Virus record (IMG/VR): IMGVR_UViG_3300049173_000144
Span: 1 to 41,760 of that record
DNA length: 41,760 nucleotides
Source: a virus
Lineage: Duplodnaviria > Caudoviricetes
Direction: 5' to 3' (one strand)
Translations under genes and position numbers: made by a program
Notes under the pieces: generated by a model
The model's database searches: none
Told to the model about the DNA's origin: nothing
The model's input: only the letters and a program-made list of their open reading frames with translations
Part shown: one piece after another, positions 25,979-34,046 of the stretch
Layout: each line of letters starts with the position of its first letter
Position numbering within the stretch: the stretch's first letter is position 1

Positions 25979-26373
25979 GCATGCATCGCTCCCCATGCAG
26001 CCTGAAGCGTCGGCCTGCTCTGCAATGCGGAGCTAACGATGGAATCGGCAACGGCAGGTGCCGCGATATGGTTGTGGACAAACTCCGATTCCTTTGCCCT
26101 CGGCGCCGCGCCTCGCTCAGCCCGAATACGCCGCTCAAGTCGCTTCCTGGCCAGCACTTCGGGCGGCAGCGGCGCCTTCGACAACGCCCGTTGACCCTCG
26201 GGGGTCGCCTGGTAGATGACGGGCACCGCAACAGATTCCACCCTCTCACCCTTACGCAGGGTGCGGATAGCCTCCTGCACGTCAGCGATGGACAGCCCGG
26301 TTTTCTCGGCAAGTTGCCTTGCGCTGTGGGGGCCTTCGATGAGCAACTGAAGGACGGTTCGTGCCTTGGTCAT
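25975..26373 (-). CDS. Winged-HTH protein
   Basis: GPHSARQLAEKTGLSIADVQEAIRTLRK. Confidence 0.7.
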   Translation of the reverse strand: MTKARTVLQLLIEGPHSARQLAEKTGLSIADVQEAIRTLRKGERVESVAVPVIYQATPEGQRALSKAPLPPEVLARKRLERRIRAERGAAPRAKESEFVHNHIAAPAVADSIVSSALQSRPTLQAAWGAMHA

Positions 26374-26555
26374 GGCTGGCTCCTATCGAGAACCGGCGAG
26401 CCGCCAAACTTGGCCTTTGCCTCGACCATGTCTTTCACTTCGCCGAGAGGGCGCCATTCGATGCGGAACCACTCCTTGCGCACGAGCTGGCCGGATCGGT
26501 CGTACTCGGTGAAGAATTGGCCCGTGGGGATGCGGACGATTTGGAGAGCGGTCAT
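26370..26555 (-). CDS. Hypothetical protein
   Basis: AGGAG RBS; coupled. Confidence 0.55.
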   Translation of the reverse strand: MTALQIVRIPTGQFFTEYDRSGQLVRKEWFRIEWRPLGEVKDMVEAKAKFGGSPVLDRSQP

Positions 26556-26558
26556 GTG

Positions 26559-26957
26559 TTACTCCTTGGCCAATACACCTGGCAGATTCCGTGCGAACCG
26601 CCACTTGCCCACCGCATTGCGCTCGATGTGCCCTTCCTTAGCCAGCCGGTGCAGGTAGTCGTGGCCGGTCTGCTCCGTCACCTTGAACCGCTGCGCGATG
26701 CAGGCTTGGGTGGGCAGCTGGTCGTTCTCGGCGAAGAACTCACGGCAATAGGCCAGCACCTCGGGCATGAGCGCCTGCTTCGCCAGCTTCAGGTAGTTCC
26801 CCTTCCCGGGGATGCCGGTTGCCACTGCCCGAGGCTTCCTGACCCTCTTCGGCACAGGGACGGCCTGAAACTTCGCCCGCTGCTTCGGCGATGAGAGGCC
26901 GCGGAGTTGCGCGGCGATGCGGTTTGCCGCTTGGCATTCGGCGCTGAATTCGCTCAT
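26559..26957 (-). CDS. LexA-DNA-binding-like HTH protein (no protease domain)
   Basis: ENDQLPTQACIAQRF...HDYLHRLAKEGHIER. Confidence 0.7.
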   Translation of the reverse strand: MSEFSAECQAANRIAAQLRGLSSPKQRAKFQAVPVPKRVRKPRAVATGIPGKGNYLKLAKQALMPEVLAYCREFFAENDQLPTQACIAQRFKVTEQTGHDYLHRLAKEGHIERNAVGKWRFARNLPGVLAKE

Positions 26958-27403
26958 GCTGAAACCCCCAGTGCGTCACGAGCCATTGCAAGCGCTGCTC
27001 GCGTCGCCTTGAACTCGCCGCTTTCATGGCGGGCGACGAGACGGCGTGCCCAGTCACGGGAATCGGCAGGCTGGTTCCCCGCCAAGATCGGAGCAACCCT
27101 TGCAAGCTCCTCCGCGATGCGTGCCTTCCCGGCAATGGAGGGCTCGATGCGCGGCACCTCGTCTTCTGGAGCGCGACGGGCAAGGTTGCGAAACTCGAGA
27201 ACGGTCGGCGGCTTCTCGGGCGGCAGGTTCTGCAGCGCCCATGCAATTGCTTTCGGAAAGCGCTCGTAGCCGTCAAGCTCATGGCCCCAATCCGACTTCA
27301 CGGCATTCATGTCGATGTCCTGCCAACGGCGAAGGAATGACTGTCCGTAGGTCAGCGTCAGCTTGTCAAAAATGCGATCAACCCAAGAGGCGGGGAGCGA
27401 CAT
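26954..27403 (-). CDS. Replication protein P-like (helicase-loader position)
   Basis: VDRIFDKLTLTYG...W...PPTVLEFRNL; follows the initiator gene. Confidence 0.7.
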   Translation of the reverse strand: MSLPASWVDRIFDKLTLTYGQSFLRRWQDIDMNAVKSDWGHELDGYERFPKAIAWALQNLPPEKPPTVLEFRNLARRAPEDEVPRIEPSIAGKARIAEELARVAPILAGNQPADSRDWARRLVARHESGEFKATRAALAMARDALGVSA

Positions 27404-28205
27404 TGGTAGCCTCCATTTCGGCAAAGAATTTCGTTGCTGGGACTGCGCCAGAGGCAACGCCTGGCGCGGCTTGCTGGGTGCGCGCGCGCTGCTCGGCGCG
27501 CCACGCTGGCTCGTTGTGGCTGCGCTGTCCCGCAGAACGCAGGCAGACCGCCTTCAGGTATTCAGCAGGGTCGGCGGGGCGCTCAACCACCGCGACCCGC
27601 ACGGCCTCGACAACGACCAGCTCGCCGTAGTCCTTGACCAGCTTTCCAACGAACGAGCCACATTGGGCTATTGGCATCCCGGATTGGCTCAGCAGTGACT
27701 TGCCAGCCTTCCACAACTCGTCCTTGGTCATCTCAACATCGGCGGCAGCGCCGCCCGTTCCGATAGGAACGGAATAACTGGGATTGGTAATGGGATTGGG
27801 ATTGGGAGCTTGCGAGTTGCTTTTTTGTGGGTTCCCAGAAATAACCGGCTGGGTTTCTTCTGGGTTATCTGTGGGTTTCTGCTTTGGGGGCCTGCCGCCC
27901 TTCTTTCCATTAACCCGAGCGCGTTCGCCAGCTTCTTTGGCTTTCACGATTTCCGCTTCGCAACGTGCGTGCGTCCATCCGGCGTCGGTCAGCATGAAGA
28001 ATTCAGTCAGCACGGTTTCAACGGCCTTGCGCTCATCTTTCGACTGAGCGCGCACCAAGCGACATGCTTGCGCTACTTCGCTCGGCAGCGCCTGTTCGCG
28101 GCTGTAATACACATCGAGAAGGCGCCGGTATGCGCAGTCCTCTTGCCACGTCAGATGCGCCGTGGCTGTGAGGTAATCCCCGATGTGATGAGGGTAGAAG
28201 TTCAG
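27378..28205 (-). CDS. YdaU/DUF1376-family replication initiator
   Basis: NFYPHHIGDYL..T.HLT...AYRRLLD.YY..EQALP...NGKKGGRP; start probably CTG at 28205 (alternative GTG at 28217). Confidence 0.88.
   Translation of the reverse strand: MNFYPHHIGDYLTATAHLTWQEDCAYRRLLDVYYSREQALPSEVAQACRLVRAQSKDERKAVETVLTEFFMLTDAGWTHARCEAEIVKAKEAGERARVNGKKGGRPPKQKPTDNPEETQPVISGNPQKSNSQAPNPNPITNPSYSVPIGTGGAAADVEMTKDELWKAGKSLLSQSGMPIAQCGSFVGKLVKDYGELVVVEAVRVAVVERPADPAEYLKAVCLRSAGQRSHNEPAWRAEQRARTQQAAPGVASGAVPATKFFAEMEATNVAPRLLG
27780..27877. repeat. Putative replication origin iterons inside the initiator gene
   Basis: TGGGTT at 27828, 27850, 27861 and 27872 (11-bp phase), plus GGGATT repeats at 27780-27803. Confidence 0.55.
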
Positions 28206-28501
28206 ACAGCCTCCCACACCCGGCAGGAGTTCCAGACGACAGGTTTGCCCTGTTCGTCCTTCACTTGGCGGATACGACCAGCGCGCTCAAGCTCGATCAC
28301 GCGGCGGTCAACTTGAACGACCGTCAGCCCGGTCATGCCGCCAATGCCGACAGGGCTCATGCGACCATGCTCCTTGAGGGCTTCGACGATGCGGTTACCG
28401 TGGCTGTCAGCAAAGCGCACGGACATTGCCGCGGCCTTGTGACTGGTGGCCGGGTCGCGTCGGCGCACGCGAGGCACAGACAGAATTTCGATAAAGTCCA
28501 T
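28202..28501 (-). CDS. Winged-HTH protein
   Basis: RRRDPATSHKAA...QVDRRVIELERAGRI. Confidence 0.7.
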   Translation of the reverse strand: MDFIEILSVPRVRRRDPATSHKAAAMSVRFADSHGNRIVEALKEHGRMSPVGIGGMTGLTVVQVDRRVIELERAGRIRQVKDEQGKPVVWNSCRVWEAV

Positions 28502-28502
28502 G

Positions 28503-28775
28503 TCAGATACCTCCCAACCGAATCGCTTGGCGCCGATGAAACGACTTCTCGCCAGCGGCTTGGCCTTCAATCGGCCAGCAGTAGCGGCGAGCCTCGGTGC
28601 TGCGGTCCATCTTGTGGGGGCGAAGCTGGGCGCCCACGACGCTAGGTGTGCCGCGCCAATCGAAGACGCTGACCTGAGCAGGCTGGTGCATCCAATCTGC
28701 GGTTTCGTCCATGTCGGCGACCATTGCATCGGTCAGCGCATTCGAAGTTACTGAAAAGTTCTCTGTGTCGCTCAT
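28503..28775 (-). CDS. Hypothetical protein
   Basis: GAGGTG RBS; operonic. Confidence 0.55.
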   Translation of the reverse strand: MSDTENFSVTSNALTDAMVADMDETADWMHQPAQVSVFDWRGTPSVVGAQLRPHKMDRSTEARRYCWPIEGQAAGEKSFHRRQAIRLGGI

Positions 28776-28779
28776 GAAA

Positions 28780-28968
28780 TCACCTCTTCTTCAGCGTGTA
28801 GACCTGAGCGGGCTGACGATTCAGCCCTCTCTTGAACTTCTGCGCGATGGCTTCGTGGATCAGCTCATTCGCAGCTTCTTCAACACTCACGCCGCGCTCT
28901 TCTGCTACGCGGCGGATCAACTCAATCTCCCGATCCGAAAAGGACACATCAGCGTCTTTGGAGGGCAT
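28780..28968 (-). CDS. Ribbon-helix-helix-like regulator
   Basis: VSFSDREIELIRRVAEERGVSVEEAANELI. Confidence 0.65.
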   Translation of the reverse strand: MPSKDADVSFSDREIELIRRVAEERGVSVEEAANELIHEAIAQKFKRGLNRQPAQVYTLKKR

Positions 28969-29014
28969 TAAGAGTTACCGGATATAGGCTCAGGCCGAAC
29001 GGAAAAGGACCGCT

Positions 29015-29239
29015 TCAGGCCGCCATAAGGCGAGGTGCAGTGGCTCGCATGTCGGAGAGCGACGAACCAAAATCGTCCACATGCAACACCTCTTCCGCCT
29101 TCCGCAAAACCATCTCTCGGATGAGAGCGGCCTTTTGCTCGCCCGTGTACGCACACAGGGCCTCGAGCAGTGCAGCCTCTCTGTCGCTGAGGCTCAGCTT
29201 GACGAAGTGCTTACGGATAAGGGCAGGATCGGAATACAT
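29015..29239 (-). CDS. CII-position RHH-like regulator
   Basis: MYSDPALIRKHFVKLSLSDREAALLEAL...QKAALIREMVL. Confidence 0.7.
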   Translation of the reverse strand: MYSDPALIRKHFVKLSLSDREAALLEALCAYTGEQKAALIREMVLRKAEEVLHVDDFGSSLSDMRATAPRLMAA

Positions 29240-29278
29240 GGTCTTGGTACGTTGGTTGGTGGGAATGCCGGACGTGTG

Positions 29279-29419
29279 TCAGGCGGTTGGGTATGTGTGT
29301 TCGATGCCGCTGTCGCCGGCCTCGCCAATGTCTTCATTCGCCCTATAGATCACAGTGCTGCCGGCCAGCCAGCAAAGCAGCAGGATCACGAGCCAGATGC
29401 CGAGGAATGCGTAGGCCAC
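29279..29419 (-). CDS. 46-aa membrane microprotein
   Basis: GTG-AYAFLGIWLVILLLCWLAGSTVIYRANEDIGEAGDSGIEHTYPTA; GAGGTG upstream. Confidence 0.5.
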   Translation of the reverse strand: MAYAFLGIWLVILLLCWLAGSTVIYRANEDIGEAGDSGIEHTYPTA

Positions 29420-29422
29420 AGG

Positions 29423-29560
29423 TCACCTCTGCAGGACGAAATACACGCCGAACTGAATGAGCGCGAAGCCCGCAAAGACGAGCAGAAACGAGCGCCGCGC
29501 CCCACCCTCAAAGGAAGCAATGCTTCCAATGCAGAGACTGAAAATTCCGAGGTACTGCAT
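29423..29560 (-). CDS. 45-aa membrane microprotein
   Basis: MQYLGIFSLCIGSIASFEGGARRSFLLVFAGFALIQFGVYFVLQR; AAGGAG RBS. Confidence 0.55.
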   Translation of the reverse strand: MQYLGIFSLCIGSIASFEGGARRSFLLVFAGFALIQFGVYFVLQR

Positions 29561-29563
29561 CGT

Positions 29564-29707
29564 TCACTCCTTCAAGGTGAAGCCGAACAAGCCAATCAGA
29601 GCCAGCACAAGACCCAAAGCGGCCATGACAGGCTCGTGATCGACGTAGCCGAGCGATCCGAAGGTCACGCCGAAGAACAGCAGGAAGATGGAAAGGAGGC
29701 GGAACAT
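29564..29707 (-). CDS. 47-aa two-TM microprotein
   Basis: MFRLLSIFLLFFGVTFGSLGYVDHEPVMAALGLVLALIGLFGFTLKE; GAGG RBS; abuts the upstream stop. Confidence 0.6.
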   Translation of the reverse strand: MFRLLSIFLLFFGVTFGSLGYVDHEPVMAALGLVLALIGLFGFTLKE

Positions 29708-30013
29708 CTACGCCTCGGCTTTCTGCTTGGCGAGGGCGGTTTGCGCTCGGGCGATAGAAACGGCTTCGTCGAAGTTCACGCCGTGAAACCATTCGCGCCC
29801 AATACGCTTGGATGCGAGCTGCGCCAGCTCGTACTGGGCGTCTCGCTCGGCGTAACCGATGGACTCCAGTTCCTCGCAAGTCGTGTAGCGAGCGAGTTGG
29901 TCGCCGTACTTCCTGAAACTCCACCGCAAGCACCCAAGCCGATTCTTGATGTTGCTGGTCATGCCTGCCTTGATCAAGCCGCCGACTCCCTGGGCGATGT
30001 AGAGGCACGGCAT
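29708..30013 (-). CDS. GIY-YIG-like (T5orf172) protein
   Basis: LYIAQ...IKAGMTSNIKNRL...E...REWF. Confidence 0.75.
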   Translation of the reverse strand: MPCLYIAQGVGGLIKAGMTSNIKNRLGCLRWSFRKYGDQLARYTTCEELESIGYAERDAQYELAQLASKRIGREWFHGVNFDEAVSIARAQTALAKQKAEA

Positions 30014-30256
30014 TTACGCCTCCACCTTATGTTTGCCGCCCAGTTCGGGCCACTTTTCCAAGAAGGTGTTTGGGAACATCTCCTGCCGCGTTACCGATTT
30101 CTTGGATTGCTTTTCAATGGCAACCGCAAGCTCGGTCGAGGGCAGCTTGTAGCCATAGGCCACATTGCGCATGTGGCCCGGCGTGGTGCCGCACTTCACA
30201 GCGAAGTCCTCGCGGGCCTCGTTGCTCATGGCGAAGAAGAAGTTTTTCAAGTCCAT
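30014..30256 (-). CDS. cro: Cro-like repressor (YdaS/Cro HTH)
   Basis: FAVKCGTTPGHMRNVAYGYKLPSTELAVAIEK...VTRQEMFP; divergent from cI. Confidence 0.85.
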   Translation of the reverse strand: MDLKNFFFAMSNEAREDFAVKCGTTPGHMRNVAYGYKLPSTELAVAIEKQSKKSVTRQEMFPNTFLEKWPELGGKHKVEA

Positions 30257-30261
30257 GCGCC

Positions 30262-30305
30262 ATTACACCATTCAGTGTTGTGGCTGTCAACACCTTTTGG
30301 TGTTG
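30262..30305. promoter_or_regulatory. OR operators and PR promoter
   Basis: ACACCATTCAGTGT (30265-30278) and CAACACCTTTTGGTGTTG (30288-30305); minus-strand TTGACA (30290-30285)-N17-TGTAAT (30267-30262). Confidence 0.85.
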
Positions 30306-30327
30306 TGACGCTGGTGTACTCCCGCGC

Positions 30328-30822
30328 ATGAACGAAGACGCCCTGATCCGACTCTCCAACCTCAAGGCATTGGGGTTGACCGCCAAGCTGCTGGAGCAAC
30401 AGGTGGGAGGGCGCTACACCTATTGGCGCGATCTACTGGCTGGGCAGAAGTCTTTCGGGGAAAAGATCGCTCGCAAGATCGAGGAAGCGATGGAATATCC
30501 ACGCGGCTACCTAGATCAGGTGATTGACAAGCCTGCAGACGATTGGCCTTTTCAGACGCTCACACCGGCCCAACTACGGAATCTTCCTATGGCGTATTTG
30601 GAGGCGATAGAGAGGCATGCTTTAGACCTAGTTGCGTTGGCGAAAACCCCTACTGATGGGAAAAAGGAACATCCTGATACTGTTGGTGACAACCAAGACG
30701 AACATCTAACAGTTCTCACCGGCCAGATACCAAGCATGTCAGGACATCAAAGTGCCGCCACCAGTACCCATACAAAGCTCGGACCCAGCCAGCGTGGAAA
30801 GCGCGTGCAGGGTAATTCTTAG
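30328..30822 (+). CDS. cI: CI-like repressor lacking the S24 autoprotease domain
   Basis: RLSNLK...YWRDLLAGQKSFGEKIARKIEEAMEYPRGYLD HTH; short C-terminus (DWPF...) with no Ser-Lys peptidase motifs. Confidence 0.8.
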   Translation: MNEDALIRLSNLKALGLTAKLLEQQVGGRYTYWRDLLAGQKSFGEKIARKIEEAMEYPRGYLDQVIDKPADDWPFQTLTPAQLRNLPMAYLEAIERHALDLVALAKTPTDGKKEHPDTVGDNQDEHLTVLTGQIPSMSGHQSAATSTHTKLGPSQRGKRVQGNS

Positions 30823-31084
30823 AAAAGCTGAGACGCGCCAATTCACTGGCGGCATCATGTTCCTAGCCAGAGATGATGGCTCGATGGAAACGATCTTGGT
30901 CGGCGACTTGCGGAGGAATCTCGGCAAAGCAAAGGAGGTGGCCGCCCATGGGTTCAAATGCCTGCTAGGTCACCAAGTGTGCATTGAAGGGAGCGGCGCC
31001 CAACTGCCGCGACGATTGAGGAAGGACCAACCAAGTGCGAACGACCATATTTGCCACGTCACTGCTTGCTCTATGCGCCGCTAG
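30752..31084 (+). CDS. Hypothetical protein in the immunity region
   Basis: Fills the gap between cI and the lipoprotein gene; start uncertain. Confidence 0.35.
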   Translation: MPPPVPIQSSDPASVESACRVILRKAETRQFTGGIMFLARDDGSMETILVGDLRRNLGKAKEVAAHGFKCLLGHQVCIEGSGAQLPRRLRKDQPSANDHICHVTACSMRR

Positions 31085-31718
31085 TTTGACAGGGTGTGTT
31101 ACGCCTGGCGGCCACGCGCGAGGGCCGTCCCCGGCTGAAATCATGGCCAACGACCCGACTGAGCACTGCATCAAAAGAATGCGCGAGGACCCCTACCTGC
31201 GGCAGTCTCTCGCCAAGACCGGGTTCGGTCAAAACACCCCGCCGAGCATCGAAATGCTGTCGGACAAATCCCGCCCCAACGATGCCGAAAAAGAAGCGCT
31301 ACGCATCTACAGCGCAACCAGAAGCCAATGCATCGCGCTAGGGGTCGCATATCGCCGGGCCAACATCCCATCCAATGTTGCTCTGGCATTTGACCGTGGC
31401 AGTGACAGGGGAACAGTGCTCATATCCAAACTCTATGCGGGAGACATTACCTACGGCGAGTTCAACACTGGTCGCATGGAGATTCAGTCGCAGATACGCC
31501 TGGATGTCGCGGAAAGCGACCGGCAAAATGCGCAAGCAGCGGCGATGGACGACGACCGCCGCAGGGCCGCTGCAGGCATGGCCTTGCAGAACATGCAGAA
31601 CCAGCAATTGATCCTTCAGCAACAACAGCAGCAGCAACAGTTGATGCTCCAGCAGAATCGCCCAAGGAACACAAACTGCTACAGGATGGGCAGCCAGATG
31701 AACTGCACCACCTACTAA
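31035..31718 (+). CDS. Lipoprotein with Gln-rich C-terminus (immunity-region moron)
   Basis: Lipobox LTGC; poly-Q tract; C-terminal TNCYRMGSQMNCTTY. Confidence 0.8.
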   Translation: MRTTIFATSLLALCAASLTGCVTPGGHARGPSPAEIMANDPTEHCIKRMREDPYLRQSLAKTGFGQNTPPSIEMLSDKSRPNDAEKEALRIYSATRSQCIALGVAYRRANIPSNVALAFDRGSDRGTVLISKLYAGDITYGEFNTGRMEIQSQIRLDVAESDRQNAQAAAMDDDRRRAAAGMALQNMQNQQLILQQQQQQQQLMLQQNRPRNTNCYRMGSQMNCTTY

Positions 31719-31746
31719 CAGCCACGTCTTTTCACGTTGACTGCCT

Positions 31747-31770
31747 GCCGCCCTAGAGGCGGCTTTTTTC
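31747..31770 (+). terminator. timm-like terminator
   Basis: GCCGCC-CTAGA-GGCGGC followed by TTTTTT. Confidence 0.8.
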
Positions 31771-31795
31771 TTCTCAGAAAATAAATACGCCAAAA

Positions 31796-31839
31796 CAACA
31801 CCAAAAGGTGTTGACACGGACAACACCGTCTGGTGTAAT
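31796..31839 (+). promoter_or_regulatory. OL operators and PL promoter
   Basis: CAACACCAAAAGGTGTTG (31796-31813) and ACACCGTCTGGTGT (31823-31836); TTGACA (31811-31816)-N17-TGTAAT (31834-31839). Confidence 0.88.
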
Positions 31840-31872
31840 TTCTTCACTCGCTAACCACACGGAGCAGTGAAG

Positions 31873-32076
31873 ATGGCAACCAAGAAACCCGCAATCGAGA
31901 AGCCGCTGACGCCACGTCAGCAAAACGAACTGATGATCTACGCCGGCCTGATCGCTGGCACCGCGGTTCAAGTCCTCAATGCTGACAACGGCGAGGTGTA
32001 CGCCAAGCTGACCGAGGAAGCTGCGCACGCTACGGATGTGTTCTATGCACGTCGCGTGGAAGGGGTGAAAGCATGA
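31873..32076 (+). CDS. First PL-operon gene, hypothetical
   Basis: GGAG RBS. Confidence 0.6.
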   Translation: MATKKPAIEKPLTPRQQNELMIYAGLIAGTAVQVLNADNGEVYAKLTEEAAHATDVFYARRVEGVKA

Positions 32077-32792
32077 TCGCCGCGAAGATCAAGATTGTTT
32101 CCCGCTTCAACAGCGACACCGTTCTCTTCGAGTGCGATGCGCCTGAAGGCCTCGAATCGGGCCTCTACATGCGGCATGCGCTGGAGAAGGCGACCGAGGC
32201 TCGCAAGGACCTGAGCGGCGCCAACCTGCGCGGCGCCAACCTGAGCGGCGCCAACCTGAGCGACGCCTACCTGAGCGGCGCCTACCTGCGCGACGCCTAC
32301 CTGAGCGGCGCCAACCTGAGCGGCGCCTACCTGAGCGGCGCCTACCTGCGCGACGCCTACCTGAGCGGCGCCAACCTGAGCGGCGCCTACCTGAGCGACG
32401 CCTACCTGAGCGGCGCCTACCTGAGCGGCGCCAACCTGAGCGGCGCCTACCTGAGCGACGCCAAGGACGCAGATCTTGCCATCGCAATGACTCGCATCCT
32501 CCCCGAGGGCTCACTGATTGGCTGGAAGAAGTGCCAAGACAACGTGATCGTGAAGCTTCGCATCCCCGAAGAGGCAAAGCGCTCGCACGCCTTCGGCCGC
32601 AAGTGCCGTGCTGAGTACGTCGATGTGCTCGAAGTGATTGGCGCCGAGTTCGGCATCAGCAGGCACGATGGCAAGACCAAGTATGTGGTTGGCCAGCGCG
32701 TGGTGCCCGACTCGTTTAGCGAGGACTGGATGGAGGAATGCGATCCTGGCATCCATTTCTTTCTGTCCAAGTTGGAAGCAGAGGCGTACTGA
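32073..32792 (+). CDS. Pentapeptide-repeat protein with DUF5758-like C-terminal domain
   Basis: 17 L(S/R)(G/D)A(N/Y) units; GWKKC...[13 protein letters not shown]...RKCRAE...PGIHFF. Confidence 0.9.
   Translation: MIAAKIKIVSRFNSDTVLFECDAPEGLESGLYMRHALEKATEARKDLSGANLRGANLSGANLSDAYLSGAYLRDAYLSGANLSGAYLSGAYLRDAYLSGANLSGAYLSDAYLSGAYLSGANLSGAYLSDAKDADLAIAMTRILPEGSLIGWKKCQDNVIVKLRIPEEAKRSHAFGRKCRAEYVDVLEVIGAEFGISRHDGKTKYVVGQRVVPDSFSEDWMEECDPGIHFFLSKLEAEAY
32209..32463 (+). repeat. 17 x 15-bp tandem repeat ACCTG(A/C)GCG(G/A)CGCC(A/T)
   Basis: Read directly from the sequence. Confidence 0.95.
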
Positions 32793-32793
32793 A

Positions 32794-33003
32794 ATGAACG
32801 CTCAATCCACCCGCCGCATCTGCCCCCGGCACCAGGTCATCGTTGTTCAGCCCTCGCCTGTAGAGCTTGAGGCCGAACTGGCGCCGCTCGAATTCAGCAT
32901 CCCAGGCTTCCAGTCGCGCATTCCCCCGCTGACGCTGGAAGAGCTTCATTCCATGGACCTCGTCCGCAGTGCTGCTGCTGGGCATGGTGGGGTGAAGTCG
33001 TGA
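32794..33003 (+). CDS. Hypothetical protein
   Basis: GAGG RBS; coupled. Confidence 0.5.
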   Translation: MNAQSTRRICPRHQVIVVQPSPVELEAELAPLEFSIPGFQSRIPPLTLEELHSMDLVRSAAAGHGGVKS

Positions 33004-33383
33004 GCGCAGCGTTTACTCCGGGGCCATGGATGGCGAAGAACACGCCCGGAGCCGGGTTGAGCGTCCATGCGAATGTAAGCAAGGCACTTGGGCCTCGCTA
33101 CTCCAGTGATTGTCCGGTCTACCACCTCGGCAACGACTCCTGCACGATGGCCATCGCTTACGAGCTTTGGACACAGTTCCCACGCGAGGAATGGGATGCG
33201 ATGCAGCAGGCTAACGCCCGCCTGATCGCTTCCGCTCCTGAGCTGCTTGCATTCGCTCAGTCGGTTGCGAACGTGCTTCAGGACGCCCAGCGACAAGACC
33301 TTCACCTCGACGAAGACAAGCAGCAGTTTCTCAACGACGCACTTGCTGTTGTCGCCAAGGCCCAGCAAGGAGGTTCCAAGTGA
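33000..33383 (+). CDS. Phage early protein (TPGPW...ANARLIASAPELL family)
   Basis: Common phage motif pair. Confidence 0.75.
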   Translation: MSAAFTPGPWMAKNTPGAGLSVHANVSKALGPRYSSDCPVYHLGNDSCTMAIAYELWTQFPREEWDAMQQANARLIASAPELLAFAQSVANVLQDAQRQDLHLDEDKQQFLNDALAVVAKAQQGGSK

Positions 33384-33604
33384 GCCAACTCAAGTTGATC
33401 CGCGATCTGATTGCAGACGACTCCTACGCATCGACGTTCCAGACGATGGGGCAGTACCGCACAAGCTTGCTCAAGAACGCAGACGCACTAGTTCGGCGCT
33501 TCGCTATGACGTACTGCTCGCAGTGCGGCAACGAACTCGGCCCCGGGAATTCTGGCGTCAGTCACTGCGACGAGCACGTGCCATCGCACAAGGAGGCCTC
33601 ATGA
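33380..33604 (+). CDS. Hypothetical Zn-finger protein
   Basis: TYCSQCG...SHCDEH. Confidence 0.65.
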   Translation: MSQLKLIRDLIADDSYASTFQTMGQYRTSLLKNADALVRRFAMTYCSQCGNELGPGNSGVSHCDEHVPSHKEAS

Positions 33605-33879
33605 ACGCCTACCCCCACATCGAGAGGCGCGATTCAGGGCCGTCCTATCTGGACCGCACTTTCGACGCCGCCGACGACCAGTACCGCAACGACTACGACA
33701 ACGCGCTGCGCCGCCATCGCCGCGAGTTCAACGCAAACGAACTGGGCGACCTGTGCTGCGACGACGCGCTGCTGTCTGCGGTGCGGTCTGGTGATCCTTC
33801 CATCGTCGGGCATGTGCTGCTCGGCATGTATGAACAGAAGCTGCGCGATCTGGCGGCTTGGGCATCGGAGACACCATGA
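33601..33879 (+). CDS. Hypothetical protein
   Basis: AGGAGG RBS; ATGA coupling. Confidence 0.6.
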   Translation: MNAYPHIERRDSGPSYLDRTFDAADDQYRNDYDNALRRHRREFNANELGDLCCDDALLSAVRSGDPSIVGHVLLGMYEQKLRDLAAWASETP

Positions 33880-34046
33880 CCCTCCGCCAACTCGCCACCG
33901 ACTGGTCTCTAGGCATCGCCTTCGGATTCGCAGTCCTGTACCTGAACGCCTACCTCGACTACCGGCATCCAGATGCAGAAGCGCTGACTACTCAAGTAGT
34001 CGCTGATCGCGCCGAAGAACACGTGGCCATGAAAGGACCGAAATGA
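33876..34046 (+). CDS. Small membrane protein
   Basis: One TM segment; coupled. Confidence 0.55.
   Translation: MTLRQLATDWSLGIAFGFAVLYLNAYLDYRHPDAEALTTQVVADRAEEHVAMKGPK

Noticed and set aside
26559-26957. Phage-encoded full LexA repressor
   Set aside because: Only the DNA-binding-like domain is present; no Ala-Gly cleavage site or peptidase domain
29081-30331. 416-aa plus-strand ORF
   Set aside because: Antisense to the cro operon and runs through OR; the minus-strand genes have better RBS and motif support
32209-32463. CRISPR array
   Set aside because: Contiguous 15-bp coding repeats, no spacers and no cas genes
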